Shown here: piece by piece, positions 9,782 through 19,096 of the stretch
How positions within the stretch are numbered: position 1 is the stretch's first letter
Layout of the letters: every line of letters starts with the position of its first letter
DNA from: a virus
Length of the DNA stretch: 64,000 bases
Strand: one strand, 5' to 3'
Virus record (IMG/VR): IMGVR_UViG_3300043688_000007
Position numbers and translations under genes: made by a program
The notes under the pieces: generated by a model
Database searches by the model: none
Told to the model about the DNA's origin: nothing
What the model saw: only the letters and a program-made list of their open reading frames with translations

Positions 9782-10165
9782 TTATATGTCGTCTGGCCTG
9801 GAGCCGGGCTTAGCCCACATCTGCCAGACGTCACCATATCTGTCAGTCTTCTCGACCAGTACGAGTCCACGCCGCGCGGGGTTGCGGCAACGGTCTCGGA
9901 CGCGATGGGTGTCGAATCCCGATCTGGACTTGAATAGCTCGCCGCAGCTTGAGCACAGGCATACGGCCAGCCAGCGGGGCGGTAGATCGCCATGGTCCTC
10001 GGTCGCGTGCCACGAGCTATGGCACTTCGCGCATAGTCCGCGCTCGCCGCCGCTGTAGGCGCAGAACTGGTGGTAAGGGCAAATGCCGTCCTCGCCGGTT
10101 CTGTACAGCACCCAGCCACCGCGAGAGCGCTTCAGCTTTGGTAGCTCGACCGTTGCGCCCCTCAC
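9782..10165 (-). CDS. FDXHR-type putative zinc-binding protein
   Basis: Cys/His-rich, with the motif SGFDTHR that names the FDXHR family (recalled from memory). Confidence 0.55.
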   Translation of the reverse strand: MRGATVELPKLKRSRGGWVLYRTGEDGICPYHQFCAYSGGERGLCAKCHSSWHATEDHGDLPPRWLAVCLCSSCGELFKSRSGFDTHRVRDRCRNPARRGLVLVEKTDRYGDVWQMWAKPGSRPDDI

Positions 10166-10368
10166 CGAGAGAGCCTGACTGAGGAGTCGCTAAATGTTTT
10201 GATCTCGAAACCATCGTCGACGGTAGCCGTGATCCTGACCACGTTGCCCTGGTAGTGCTCGAAGCCGGTAACGACTGCCGTGTACTCTTCCGTACCGATC
10301 CACGTCTTGATCTTCGTGCCGACGCGGATCATATCGCCGTTCATGTCGCTACAGTAAGTGATTTGCAT
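10162..10368 (-). CDS. Hypothetical protein
   Basis: 68 aa, coding-like composition, 4-nt overlap with the downstream gene. Confidence 0.55.
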   Translation of the reverse strand: MQITYCSDMNGDMIRVGTKIKTWIGTEEYTAVVTGFEHYQGNVVRITATVDDGFEIKTFSDSSVRLSR

Positions 10369-10387
10369 GCTGCCCTGCCTTGGCTAG

Positions 10388-10852
10388 CTAGTGGACTAGG
10401 AGGCCGAGTAGTGCATCCGTGGCCTCGTCGATCTCGTCGAAGTACCTGGGCTTGCGTACGCCGGTGAACTTGACGGCAATCTGCCCGTTCGGGAAGACGG
10501 CTACAAGCTTGTCTGGGACGCCGGCCAGCTGCTTCCACCCCCAGTTGTGGTTCTCGAAGAGGCATTCGAGTGCTCTATCAATGCCGACCTCGGGTGCGTC
10601 GGGCTCGTGCTCGTGACGGTATGTACGCAGGCTGTGTAGGCGAGAGTGAAACGCCCTGTAGCTCTGCTCGGTCCCGAAGTCGATGTTGGATGGTAGCTCG
10701 GCCGCACCGGCCAGGCTACTCTTGTGCCGCTTCGTGAAGTGGAGAGCGAACTGTTCCGTGTCCATGTCGCTCGCCGCGATGATCAGTACTGGTTGTCTTC
10801 CGTTGGACGACGCCGTTGCCGTCCTCGCTCCTGCCATGTTACTCGCCTCCAT
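10388..10852 (-). CDS. Hypothetical protein
   Basis: 154-aa ORF. ATG at 10837 (MAGAR...) would avoid overlap with the upstream stop. No domain recognised. Confidence 0.55.
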   Translation of the reverse strand: MEASNMAGARTATASSNGRQPVLIIAASDMDTEQFALHFTKRHKSSLAGAAELPSNIDFGTEQSYRAFHSRLHSLRTYRHEHEPDAPEVGIDRALECLFENHNWGWKQLAGVPDKLVAVFPNGQIAVKFTGVRKPRYFDEIDEATDALLGLLVH

Positions 10853-11159
10853 TGACGCGATAGGTTGCTTGCCTCCCGGCTTCGCTGAATATACAGCTGA
10901 TGACGTCGTACGTGTTGATCCTTGACGGGTCCAGGTTCATCGACGCGACGCGGATGCCGAACCCGAGGAACGAGATTTGATGTACGTGGTACGTCAAATG
11001 CATGAAGTTGATGTCCTTGACCGGGTCCTGCGGAACCGGCCTCGATGATGACATGATAGGCCCGCCGTATGCACCGAAGTGCGGTTCTGCGCTGGATACT
11101 AGCCTACCACGCATTGGGCCGTCGACGCATACGCACATGCTCGGCTCGCCTATCGCCAT
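10839..11159 (-). CDS. Hypothetical protein (106 aa)
   Basis: Internal start MAIGEPSM... of the listed 268-aa ORF. TGATG 1-nt overlap with the stop of 11159..11470. The upstream part of the long ORF is R/S/P-rich out-of-frame junk. Confidence 0.5.
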   Translation of the reverse strand: MAIGEPSMCVCVDGPMRGRLVSSAEPHFGAYGGPIMSSSRPVPQDPVKDINFMHLTYHVHQISFLGFGIRVASMNLDPSRINTYDVISCIFSEAGRQATYRVNGGE

Positions 11160-11470
11160 CAGTTCATACCTCGCTTGTTCTCTTCGCTCATTCGTTCGAC
11201 TTGGACTATGAATGCGGCATCGATCTTGTTGGATTCGTACCGGCCTATCGCTATGATGCCCGCGTGGACGAAGATGAAGGCGAACATCAGCAGTAGCATC
11301 CACCATGGCGGCCTCCACCAAGGTAGAGCTATCATGCAACCGAACCCTACGGCGCTGGCGAACCCGAAGTATGCTATGCTGACTGGGCTGAAGTACCTCA
11401 TCCGCATTGCCCTGGCCGTAGCATCTTCGCGCGAGGGCATTTCGCTTGGTAGGCCGTCCATGTTGTTCAT
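11159..11470 (-). CDS. Membrane protein (2 TM)
   Basis: YFSPVSIAYFGFASAVGFGCMIAL and WWMLLLMFAFIFVHAGIIAI spans. Confidence 0.6.
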   Translation of the reverse strand: MNNMDGLPSEMPSREDATARAMRMRYFSPVSIAYFGFASAVGFGCMIALPWWRPPWWMLLLMFAFIFVHAGIIAIGRYESNKIDAAFIVQVERMSEENKRGMN

Positions 11471-11706
11471 TTCTTGGGCTCCTGTACCAGCGGATCGGAG
11501 CCGGTCGTGTTGCGGCTGACCATGGCTCGGTATTCGCGTTCGGTTGGCTGTTGGCCGGGGAAGCTGAAGTGGAAGTCATTGCGATCGCACCCCGACTGAG
11601 GCTTACCCGACCTCGGGCCTCCACAGCTGAGGCAGTCATCCACATTCGGTGGATATGACTTTGTGGCCCATCGTGTGTCAGGTTCGCTTGACGATGTATG
11701 GCACAC
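11467..11706 (-). CDS. Hypothetical Cys-containing protein
   Basis: 79 aa with 4-nt overlap downstream. Start uncertain (overlaps the upstream gene by 29 nt). Confidence 0.4.
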   Translation of the reverse strand: MCHTSSSEPDTRWATKSYPPNVDDCLSCGGPRSGKPQSGCDRNDFHFSFPGQQPTEREYRAMVSRNTTGSDPLVQEPKK

Positions 11707-11989
11707 CTGGATACATCTCCCCTATGTGGTTGACTTGTTCGACGACTTCGTCAGTCTTGCCGTCAGGCGCTTGGTACTTGACCTTGAAGTGCGGGCCTCC
11801 GCAGATGCGAGCGGGCGCGGCGTCGACCCAGCACCAGGAGTCATCCATCCACCCGCGTAGTATGTCAACCATGTCTTTGAACAGGTCACTTTCCTCGCCA
11901 GGCTTTCTCCTGTTTCCCGGCGTGTGAATGAGCCTTTCGTAGCGATCAAGTAGCTGACGTGAAGCCGGGCCGAGGTCGAGGTCCTTCAT
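11678..11989 (-). CDS. Hypothetical protein
   Basis: Start MKDLDLG... in ATGA overlap with the upstream stop. Confidence 0.55.
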   Translation of the reverse strand: MKDLDLGPASRQLLDRYERLIHTPGNRRKPGEESDLFKDMVDILRGWMDDSWCWVDAAPARICGGPHFKVKYQAPDGKTDEVVEQVNHIGEMYPGVPYIVKRT

Positions 11990-12222
11990 ATTGTGACGAA
12001 CCTTTCCCTGATGACCATGATATTCCACTTGAGTTCAGGGTCGAGTCGTAGCATGTCGCCGTGCGTCTTGCAGACGGGCAGCTCCTGCGAGCTACCATTC
12101 ATACCGGACCTTGCGATGTAACCGGCGCTGTTCTTGCATTGGGTTCCGCGCTGCGTGTCGACCTCGCACTGGTCCTTCTTGACATGGTAGTACGGTACGA
12201 GTTTTGCTCTGCGTTGAGTCAT
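11986..12222 (-). CDS. Hypothetical Cys-rich protein
   Basis: Start MTQRRAKL... after AGAGGGA. First gene downstream of the promoter-like element at 12288. Confidence 0.55.
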   Translation of the reverse strand: MTQRRAKLVPYYHVKKDQCEVDTQRGTQCKNSAGYIARSGMNGSSQELPVCKTHGDMLRLDPELKWNIMVIRERFVTI

Positions 12223-12287
12223 TTCCAATGTCCCTCTTGAATCCTGCCTAGGATGCATTCGGCCGCGCGTCCCGCGCGCCTACGCTA

Positions 12288-12317
12288 AGTCTACCCGATA
12301 ACGTACGAAAACGCGAA
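12288..12317 (-). promoter_or_regulatory. Promoter-like element TTCGCG-N18-TAGACT (class I)
   Basis: On the - strand: ...TTCGCGTTTTCGTACGTTATCGGGTAGACT. Lies between the dnaE stop and the next gene. Confidence 0.4.
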
Positions 12318-12331
12318 TCGACGGATCATCA

Positions 12332-15300
12332 TCAATCCGGGTCGATAACCCACAGATCGTCGATAGCGATACTGTTACCGAAGTATGGGGTCTTCCGGCC
12401 GCGCATAACTACGACATCATGCCCGACCTCAATCATCTCAAGAATGTCCTTGAGCCTGGGATATGCATACCTTGTAATGCGTCCATAAACCTCCTCGATT
12501 CCATGGTCGTAGCACTGTAGCTTACAGTATTTCCGCAGGTGAGGGTCCTTGAGTTCTTCGAGAATCTGTTCGGTGTCATTCCCAGTCCGGGAGTGAATGT
12601 TCTCGACAATGTCCTGGTAGGCGCGGTCCTTGACGATACCTGCATACACGACCGTAATGCCCCTGTTATGCGTCATCCACTTCGGCGGTACAATCCTGGC
12701 GACATCATCACCGTCGTGCGTCGGGATCGGGCACTTGATCTTCTTACGAACAATCGCGTCCTTGACACCGTCGAGAATCCTCCGCGCCCGGTCAAGCCCA
12801 AACGGGTCGTCGTCGGCTGCGAACTGCTTCATATTCTCGACAGTGACCGGCCCGACACCGTTCGCCCGGATCATGTCCTCCCAGCGAGTGAACGGCTCTT
12901 GCTCGCGAGCGCGGACGATAGCGGTAGCTGTCTTCTCTGCTATGCCCGGTACGACGGTCAGGCCCGCAGTCAGGTACGGAGTCTTCTTGTCATAGAACGG
13001 CTTCCATGTTATGTCACTGTTCCATGTCGGCGCGCGGAGTGGGACGCCGTGAGCTATCGCGTCGCGCATCAGCTTGAACTCTGGCTCCTTGCCGGGCTCG
13101 GACTTTGAGAGCCATGAGGCGTAGAACTCTACTGGGTAGTGCGTCTTGAGGTAGGCGCACCACCATGAGACGACGGAGTAGCTGACTGCGTGAGCGATGT
13201 TGAAAGCGTAAGTCCCTGATGTGACTAGATGCTTCCATATTTCCTCAGCAGTTTTCGCGTCCATTCCATGCAGTCTCTTTGCGCCGTCGATGAAGTTGTC
13301 CATGCTGACTTGGAACGCAGCCTGGCCAATCTTCTTCGCAATGATGCGCCGAATCTCATTGAGGTCTGTCCATTCGAAGCCGCCGATCACCTGTAGAATC
13401 TTCAGGATTTGCTCCTGATAGATTATCTGATAATAAGTCCCGCGCGTGATCTCATCAACGATGGGATGGTAGTGCGTAGGCTTTTCCTTCTTGTGCTTGA
13501 CATCACAGTAGCGCGCCGTCGTACCTGAAAACAGTGGTCCTGGCCTCGACAGCGCGTTGATATCTGCAACCTCGGCGAAAGAGTCTGGACATACATCCCC
13601 ACAGACGATCCGAGTAGCCCGGCCCTCAAACTGGAATACCCCGATGACGTCATTACGTCGAAAGACAGATAGCGTGTCTTCATCGTCATCTGGAATAGCA
13701 TAGAGGTCCTCCAGAGTGAGCCCGGTTAGCTCTAGGCACCGGTCGATCTTACCCATCGTTGTCAGGCCGAGGAAGTCCATCTTCAACATGCCCGCGTACT
13801 CCGCGTCGTACTTGTCGATAGACAGCACCTGGCGGCCGTCCCTCTCGTACGTAGCGCATACGTCCGTGATCGGGCTGTTCGCTACGACCAGTCCTGCCGC
13901 ATGAACGGACATCCCACGCACGTTGCCTTCGAGCCGGGTGGCAAGCCACAGCTTAGGAAAGTTGTCGAAGACTTCCTTAGCGTTCGGGAACATAGCCGCC
14001 GTATCAGCCAGAGAGGCGTCAAACCGGGAGTCTCCACCACTACGTTCAACGATGAGATTGGAAACGATGCTCCTGGCAAGGGCTGGTACCTCATGTACCT
14101 TGGCCACATCATTGAGTGCGTTCTTGCCCCGATAACGTATGACATTAGCGATAGTCCCCACACAGTCTTGTCCATACTTATCCTCCAGGTAGATGCGTAC
14201 CTCGTGGCGCCTGTCGTCTGAGAAGTCGAGGTCTATGTCAGGAGGGTCGACTCGTGTCGTGTCGATAAACCGCTCAAAAATCATGCCGGGATACCGACGC
14301 GGATCAATCTCGGTGATCTCTAGCAGCCAGCAGACGACACTTGCGGCCGCGCTCCCTCGCCCAGGCCCGACCGGAATGGGAACGCCGTTACCGTCGTGCT
14401 TGCACCATTTGACTACGTCCGAGGTCGCCAGGAAGAAGTCGATGAAGTCCTTGTCCGAGATATGCTTCATCTCGTACTGGACCTGCTTAGCGAACCAGTC
14501 CTGGTCTTCCCGCGAGCGGTTGCCGACGTTGCGGAATCTCCAGCCCTCGCGGAGCCACTCCCAGATCAGCTCTTCAGCTGTCCAGCCGTCTGGGCACGGG
14601 AACTTCAAGCGCTCAGCCTTCGGCAGCGTCACGTTGCAGCGACGAGCGATGTCCGCGGTCATCATGACAGCTTCCCATGCCTGCTGGCGCGGGATGCCGG
14701 AGTCGATTAGCTTCTTGACGATCACCTTGTCGGACTCGGGGAGCGTGAGCAGTACGTCATAGTTCCAGCGCCGCAGCATCTCGTCGGCGGTAGCATTGCC
14801 TCGGCCCTGAGGACCGCATGCATGGAGGATAACCTGCATCTCGTTGTCGGTCGGCAGGACGTAGTGGCAGTCGAGCGTCATTGCGAGCGGGATACCGGTA
14901 ACCTTGCTCAGCTTGGAGTACGCCCTGTTTATCTTACGCGTGCCCTCAAGCTCGGGGAATGCCTGGACTTCGAGGAAGAACCTGTCGCCGTATATGTTGG
15001 CGAACCGGGTAGCGATACCAGCACACTTGTCGAACGCCGCCCACTTCTGCTCCGTCGTCTCGGGAGCGGGGATGCCCTTGCCGCCGACCATCTCGCAGGC
15101 GAGCCGACTACCGTTGCAACCGGACAAGACGATGATGCCGTCATTGAACTCGGTGATGTCGTCGCCAGTCATTGTCGGGTGCCACTTATGCTGCTTCCAG
15201 CTCCGCGTGACGGCGAGGTTCATGTTGCGATAGCCGGTCTGGTTCATCGCCAACATGGTGAGGTGATACTTAGTCTGGCGCTCCATGTCCTCGGCCGGGG

Positions 15301-15511
15301 CCGTGTATGCTTCAATCCCGAAGATGGGTACAACGGAGCCGACCTTCTTGGCTGCCTTCTCCGCGCGGAAGTGACTCGACGTGTTGCCATGCTCGGTGAC
15401 CGCGAGGTGTGTATAGCCTAGTTCAGCTGCGCGCTGAAAGTGTTGCTCTGGCGTACCGTGACCGTCCAGGAATGAGTACGTCGTGTGGTGATGTAGGGAT
15501 ACTGCTTTCAC
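12332..15511 (-). CDS. dnaE: DNA polymerase III alpha subunit (DnaE-type, PHP domain N-terminal)
   Basis: 1059 aa, GTG start. The N terminus LHHHTTYSFLDGHGTP...AVTEHGN is a PHP domain. Length and overall pattern are typical of DnaE. Confidence 0.95.
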   Translation of the reverse strand: MKAVSLHHHTTYSFLDGHGTPEQHFQRAAELGYTHLAVTEHGNTSSHFRAEKAAKKVGSVVPIFGIEAYTAPAEDMERQTKYHLTMLAMNQTGYRNMNLAVTRSWKQHKWHPTMTGDDITEFNDGIIVLSGCNGSRLACEMVGGKGIPAPETTEQKWAAFDKCAGIATRFANIYGDRFFLEVQAFPELEGTRKINRAYSKLSKVTGIPLAMTLDCHYVLPTDNEMQVILHACGPQGRGNATADEMLRRWNYDVLLTLPESDKVIVKKLIDSGIPRQQAWEAVMMTADIARRCNVTLPKAERLKFPCPDGWTAEELIWEWLREGWRFRNVGNRSREDQDWFAKQVQYEMKHISDKDFIDFFLATSDVVKWCKHDGNGVPIPVGPGRGSAAASVVCWLLEITEIDPRRYPGMIFERFIDTTRVDPPDIDLDFSDDRRHEVRIYLEDKYGQDCVGTIANVIRYRGKNALNDVAKVHEVPALARSIVSNLIVERSGGDSRFDASLADTAAMFPNAKEVFDNFPKLWLATRLEGNVRGMSVHAAGLVVANSPITDVCATYERDGRQVLSIDKYDAEYAGMLKMDFLGLTTMGKIDRCLELTGLTLEDLYAIPDDDEDTLSVFRRNDVIGVFQFEGRATRIVCGDVCPDSFAEVADINALSRPGPLFSGTTARYCDVKHKKEKPTHYHPIVDEITRGTYYQIIYQEQILKILQVIGGFEWTDLNEIRRIIAKKIGQAAFQVSMDNFIDGAKRLHGMDAKTAEEIWKHLVTSGTYAFNIAHAVSYSVVSWWCAYLKTHYPVEFYASWLSKSEPGKEPEFKLMRDAIAHGVPLRAPTWNSDITWKPFYDKKTPYLTAGLTVVPGIAEKTATAIVRAREQEPFTRWEDMIRANGVGPVTVENMKQFAADDDPFGLDRARRILDGVKDAIVRKKIKCPIPTHDGDDVARIVPPKWMTHNRGITVVYAGIVKDRAYQDIVENIHSRTGNDTEQILEELKDPHLRKYCKLQCYDHGIEEVYGRITRYAYPRLKDILEMIEVGHDVVVMRGRKTPYFGNSIAIDDLWVIDPD

Positions 15512-15605
15512 TTTTGCACCCGCCTGCCTTTCGGGGCTCCCTCGTATCGTACCGCGCCGCGAGCGCGAGCGCTACCTTTGCAAACTCTCGGGTAGCTACT
15601 CCTAG

Positions 15606-15632
15606 GCGATAACCTCCCGGCTAGGTTATCGC
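15606..15632 (-). terminator. 10-bp perfect hairpin upstream of dnaE
   Basis: gcgataacct-cccggct-aggttatcgc, between the stop at 15683 and the dnaE start. Confidence 0.45.
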
Positions 15633-15682
15633 GCTAAGGGTAGCGGTTCGGAGCGCTTAGAGACGATCCTAGCGCGTTGTAC

Positions 15683-15910
15683 CTAGAGCCCGGTCCACTT
15701 ACCGACAGTGAAGGTCGGCTGCCAGTGGCTGAACGGCCAGAGCATGATCGAGATGCCGTACTGGACGAACGAGTGCGCGATCATGCCTCCGCTGAATGGA
15801 GCGTTCCACGTCGGGTAGTGCGGCGGGGCAGTGTTGGTTCCGATGCCGATGAGTACGTACACGATTACGAGCGCTGTCCTGAACCATGTACTGTTGATTA
15901 GGCGTAGCAT
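15683..15910 (-). CDS. Membrane protein
   Basis: WFRTALVIVYVLIGIG and GISIMLWPF hydrophobic spans. 75 aa. Confidence 0.55.
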   Translation of the reverse strand: MLRLINSTWFRTALVIVYVLIGIGTNTAPPHYPTWNAPFSGGMIAHSFVQYGISIMLWPFSHWQPTFTVGKWTGL

Positions 15911-15920
15911 GTCGCGCGCC

Positions 15921-16067
15921 TTACAGCCCGAACGCCCAGAGGATCGCGCGCAATGCGACGCCGAGGAAGAAGATGATGAGGGCGAGGTAGACGTGCTCTC
16001 TGCCCTTCATGTTCTTGTGCTGCCATAGCTCGATGGCGAGGAAGTTTACCACCATGACGTAGATCAT
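15921..16067 (-). CDS. Small membrane protein (48 aa)
   Basis: Start MIYVMVVNFLAI... in ATGA overlap with the upstream stop. Confidence 0.45.
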   Translation of the reverse strand: MIYVMVVNFLAIELWQHKNMKGREHVYLALIIFFLGVALRAILWAFGL

Positions 16068-16330
16068 CCCTTGTCTCCTGTCTGGAAGCCGGTGTTGGTA
16101 GGGATGGGGTCGCAAGGCGAGTAACCCTGCGGGATTGGGGTAGAGGTAGAACAGGCCGACTGGCTGGTCCCCACTCGCGCGGGGTGGGGTCGGTCACCGT
16201 ACGCGCGGACCACGATCCAGACGCCAACCGCTATCACCAAGAGGTGGATAGCGACAAGCGCTAGCACCGTCCGGGCAGGGGCGGGGTGCTCTCTGGTTCG
16301 TTGCTGGAGGACCAGCCAGCCGGTTCTCAC
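16064..16330 (-). CDS. Membrane protein
   Basis: TVLALVAIHLLVIAVGVWIVV span. 88 aa. Confidence 0.5.
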   Translation of the reverse strand: MRTGWLVLQQRTREHPAPARTVLALVAIHLLVIAVGVWIVVRAYGDRPHPARVGTSQSACSTSTPIPQGYSPCDPIPTNTGFQTGDKG

Positions 16331-16554
16331 CGGTAGTCGCTTGTTAGCTTAGCGATTACCTGAGCTAGAGACTGCATGTCGGTGAGGAACCGGATGATGA
16401 TGGCCTCCGCTGCCTCGTCGCCGTCGTAGGACGGAGGGATCAGTTCCGTGCACTGAATGACGAAGTCCTCGTACAGCTTGTTGTCCTCGCGCAGGGCCGC
16501 GATAGTTTTCCGCGCTAGCTCCAGCGCGTCCTCTTTGTTGCTGTCCTTAACCAT
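16327..16554 (-). CDS. Hypothetical acidic protein (75 aa)
   Basis: Start MVKDSNKEDALELARK... after GGAGGCGAG. The upstream part of the listed 167-aa ORF overlaps the methyltransferase gene and looks non-coding. Confidence 0.55.
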   Translation of the reverse strand: MVKDSNKEDALELARKTIAALREDNKLYEDFVIQCTELIPPSYDGDEAAEAIIIRFLTDMQSLAQVIAKLTSDYR

Positions 16555-17290
16555 CTCGCCTCCAGTACACTGAGTGGCCGTCGATATCGATGTATGGTTC
16601 CGTGATGTGCATCTTCTGCCGGTACTCCATGACCGCTTCCCTGCACATCGGGACATTCCAGTCGTCGATGATGCAGAAGCCGCCCGGCTGGAGCAGAGGG
16701 TAGAGCTTGTCGAGGGCGTCCATGGTCGAGACGTACAGGTCGGCGTCGAGCCGTAGCACCGCGAGCTTCTTGACTGGGCCGGGTAGGCTGTCCTTGAACC
16801 AGCCCGGTATGACTCCGACCTGATCATCAAGCAGGCCGTACAGCTCGAAGTTGTGCCTGACCTCGTCGAGCGGTACTGCTAGATGCGCCTGTTCTGGCTG
16901 AGCTATCAGTGCCCGATCGCCCTCGCTGATGCTAGTCGGCGGGAAGCCGTCGAACGAGTCAGCGAGCCAGACGGTACGGCCGAGCACGTTGTGAGCGCTT
17001 AGTACGCCACGCATGAAGATGCACGCACCTCCGCGCCAGACTCCGCACTCGATGAGGTCGCCACGAATGCGGTCTTCTATGACCTGCTCGATACACATCT
17101 GCAGGTTGTCGAGCCGCTTGAGCCCGATCATGGTGTGGGAGTACATTGGCCAGTCCCGCCCGTTCTCGCGCGTCGTCTCGCTGTAGACGCTGAGCTGGCG
17201 CCACGGGACAGGTATGGACGGGTCTTCGAACGTCATGCCGCAAACCGTGCGCTTGAGCAGTTCGAGATACCTGTCGAGGTTACCTCTCAT
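16547..17290 (-). CDS. TylF/MycF-family (macrocin-type) O-methyltransferase-like protein
   Basis: WPMYSHTMIGLKRLDNLQMCIEQVIEDRIRGDLIECGVWRGGACIFMRGVL...LRLDADLYVST matches the TylF-family pattern as I recall it. Confidence 0.75.
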   Translation of the reverse strand: MRGNLDRYLELLKRTVCGMTFEDPSIPVPWRQLSVYSETTRENGRDWPMYSHTMIGLKRLDNLQMCIEQVIEDRIRGDLIECGVWRGGACIFMRGVLSAHNVLGRTVWLADSFDGFPPTSISEGDRALIAQPEQAHLAVPLDEVRHNFELYGLLDDQVGVIPGWFKDSLPGPVKKLAVLRLDADLYVSTMDALDKLYPLLQPGGFCIIDDWNVPMCREAVMEYRQKMHITEPYIDIDGHSVYWRRDG

Positions 17291-17670
17291 CTAGATGACC
17301 TCCTGCCTATGTCGCGTCCCTCTTCGTATCGTTGTATGACCCACCTGAGGTAGATAACCAGGTCAAGGGCCTCGCGGTAGGCCTGATGTATTGGACCTCC
17401 CTCGATTGGATCATCAGGCGTGCTGCTGGTATAGATGCCGGCACCGTACCGCTCTATGCCGATACGCTCGCGCTCCTGGATGTCCTCGACCACGAGTTCC
17501 TGGACACTCTTCTCGGCCGCTTCTGGATCGTCACCAGTGATCGGGTAGAGGTCGGGATGACGCCAGGCGTCGTCACCGCGTAGTGTTGCCTGAGCTTCCC
17601 GCTTAAACTGCGCGATAGCCTCTTGCATGTCAGCCATATCATCTGGCTCTGGGTCGGGTAGTCCAGACAT
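17287..17670 (-). CDS. Possible MazG-like / dNTP pyrophosphohydrolase-like protein
   Basis: Start MSGLPDPEPDD. ERERIGIERYG...HQAYREALDLVIYLRWVI resembles phage dATP/dGTP diphosphohydrolase N-domain proteins. Weak call. Confidence 0.4.
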   Translation of the reverse strand: MSGLPDPEPDDMADMQEAIAQFKREAQATLRGDDAWRHPDLYPITGDDPEAAEKSVQELVVEDIQERERIGIERYGAGIYTSSTPDDPIEGGPIHQAYREALDLVIYLRWVIQRYEEGRDIGRRSSR

Positions 17671-17699
17671 CGGAACTTTCCGCAGACTACTATACTCGC

Positions 17700-18665
17700 T
17701 CACTTGTCGAACCCGCTTCGGCTCTGCCTGTACGTCCGGTTGTCTTCGCGCGCCCAGGGGAAGCTGCAGGATTCCTCGACGCGCTCTGGGCCCTGGAACG
17801 TGCACTTATGAATCTTCTCGCAGCTGATCTTGATATACGGTTCGAGGTACGGGTGCGACTCGACCAGGAGCCTGCCCATTTCTCGGGTGACCCAGACCAG
17901 TTCCTCTTGGAACATGACGCAGGCCCGGTAGTTGTACATTTCGATGAATGTCTTGAGCGGGTACTCGCAGATGATGAAATTGGTAGTGCCCTCCGGCAGG
18001 ATGTAGCGAGCGTCCTTGTACTGGATGTCGGAGTCGATCGCCGCGTTGTACGCCTTGTGCGCATCGATGAGGACGCGAATCCACTGCGCGCGGAGTTCGG
18101 GATACTGCCAGACAGTTTCCGGCATCCTGAACTCCGGCATTTCACCCTGCCAGGTGTCCTGCTGCGACTGCTGCTTGTACGCCGCCCCCTTGCGGGTACG
18201 GACGAGCTGGTGCGTACAGACCCGAGAGACTCCGCGCACAGCGAATACGACCACGAAGTCATCGAGGCTCTGCATCGCGAGCCCGCCCTCAAGGAACTCG
18301 TTGGGGTCCTTCTGCTCCATTAGCTCGCGCGGTGCCCCCGAACCGGCCGACTGTACCCAGCGCGAGAGTTCCGCGAACTTGTCGTCTTCGAAGTCCATGA
18401 TGAGTGAGACCTCGATCATGTCCGTACCGATTTGGACCATGCCGTTGTCGCTGGGGCTCCGCGTCCGGCGCATGTCCTGCGAAAGCCGACGGCTGTTGGC
18501 GTTGTACGTGCCGTGGATCTTCTTGTCGATGATGCTCCGCGAGGTCTGCCGTCCGTCGGGCCACGGCTCGACATCGGGGCCGAACTCAGGGTCCTTGGTT
18601 TCGATCTGCGGAACGAGCTGCGTCTGCATCTTCGCGGTGTCTGACTTACTTGAAGTGTCCGTCAT
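17700..18665 (-). CDS. thyX: Flavin-dependent thymidylate synthase (ThyX)-like protein with divergent signature
   Basis: SRVCTHQLVRTRKGAAYKQQSQQD aligns with the ThyX signature (..QL.RHR-X7-S..SQRY) but reads RTR...SQQD. 321 aa with an N-terminal extension. Confidence 0.65.
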   Translation of the reverse strand: MTDTSSKSDTAKMQTQLVPQIETKDPEFGPDVEPWPDGRQTSRSIIDKKIHGTYNANSRRLSQDMRRTRSPSDNGMVQIGTDMIEVSLIMDFEDDKFAELSRWVQSAGSGAPRELMEQKDPNEFLEGGLAMQSLDDFVVVFAVRGVSRVCTHQLVRTRKGAAYKQQSQQDTWQGEMPEFRMPETVWQYPELRAQWIRVLIDAHKAYNAAIDSDIQYKDARYILPEGTTNFIICEYPLKTFIEMYNYRACVMFQEELVWVTREMGRLLVESHPYLEPYIKISCEKIHKCTFQGPERVEESCSFPWAREDNRTYRQSRSGFDK

Positions 18666-18676
18666 TTCCTGCCTGC

Positions 18677-19096
18677 CTATCTACATCGATTTGACTCTGC
18701 TATGGCCTTAGACATCTTAGCCCTGTACTCGGGGTCCTCCCACTTTCTCCGCAGAGCTTCAGCGGCATTTTTCTTTCGCTTGTCCTGATCCTGAGAGGCG
18801 TTCACTCTCGACATAACTGCTGACTGACTGATCCTACTTTCCGGCTTAGCCCATCTTGCCTCTCTAGCTGATGCAGCTACTTCGGCCATGTATTCGATTC
18901 TGTCGTACGCTATATGGCATCTACGACACATTGGCATATAATGGATAGGATTTGTGCCATCGGTATCATGTATCTGAGACCAGTCCCTCGCCTTGCCGAA
19001 ACACATCACGCATTCGTAATTGGACGCCGAACCCCTTGATCTGCGAAGTCTAGCGTGGTTAGCGCGATGAGTGTAGGAAGTTACTGGTCTGCTCAT
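18677..19096 (-). CDS. HNH homing-type endonuclease
   Basis: Start MSRPVTSY in ATGA overlap. YECVMCFGKARDWSQIHDTDG...MCRRCHIAYD is an HNH core. The basic C-terminal tail resembles a DNA-binding module. Confidence 0.75.
   Translation of the reverse strand: MSRPVTSYTHRANHARLRRSRGSASNYECVMCFGKARDWSQIHDTDGTNPIHYMPMCRRCHIAYDRIEYMAEVAASAREARWAKPESRISQSAVMSRVNASQDQDKRKKNAAEALRRKWEDPEYRAKMSKAIAESNRCR

Noticed and set aside
10839-11645. 268-aa - strand ORF taken at face value
   Set aside because: Its first 162 codons overlap the better membrane-protein ORF 11159..11470 and are R/S/P-rich junk. Only the distal 106 codons (10839..11159) were kept.
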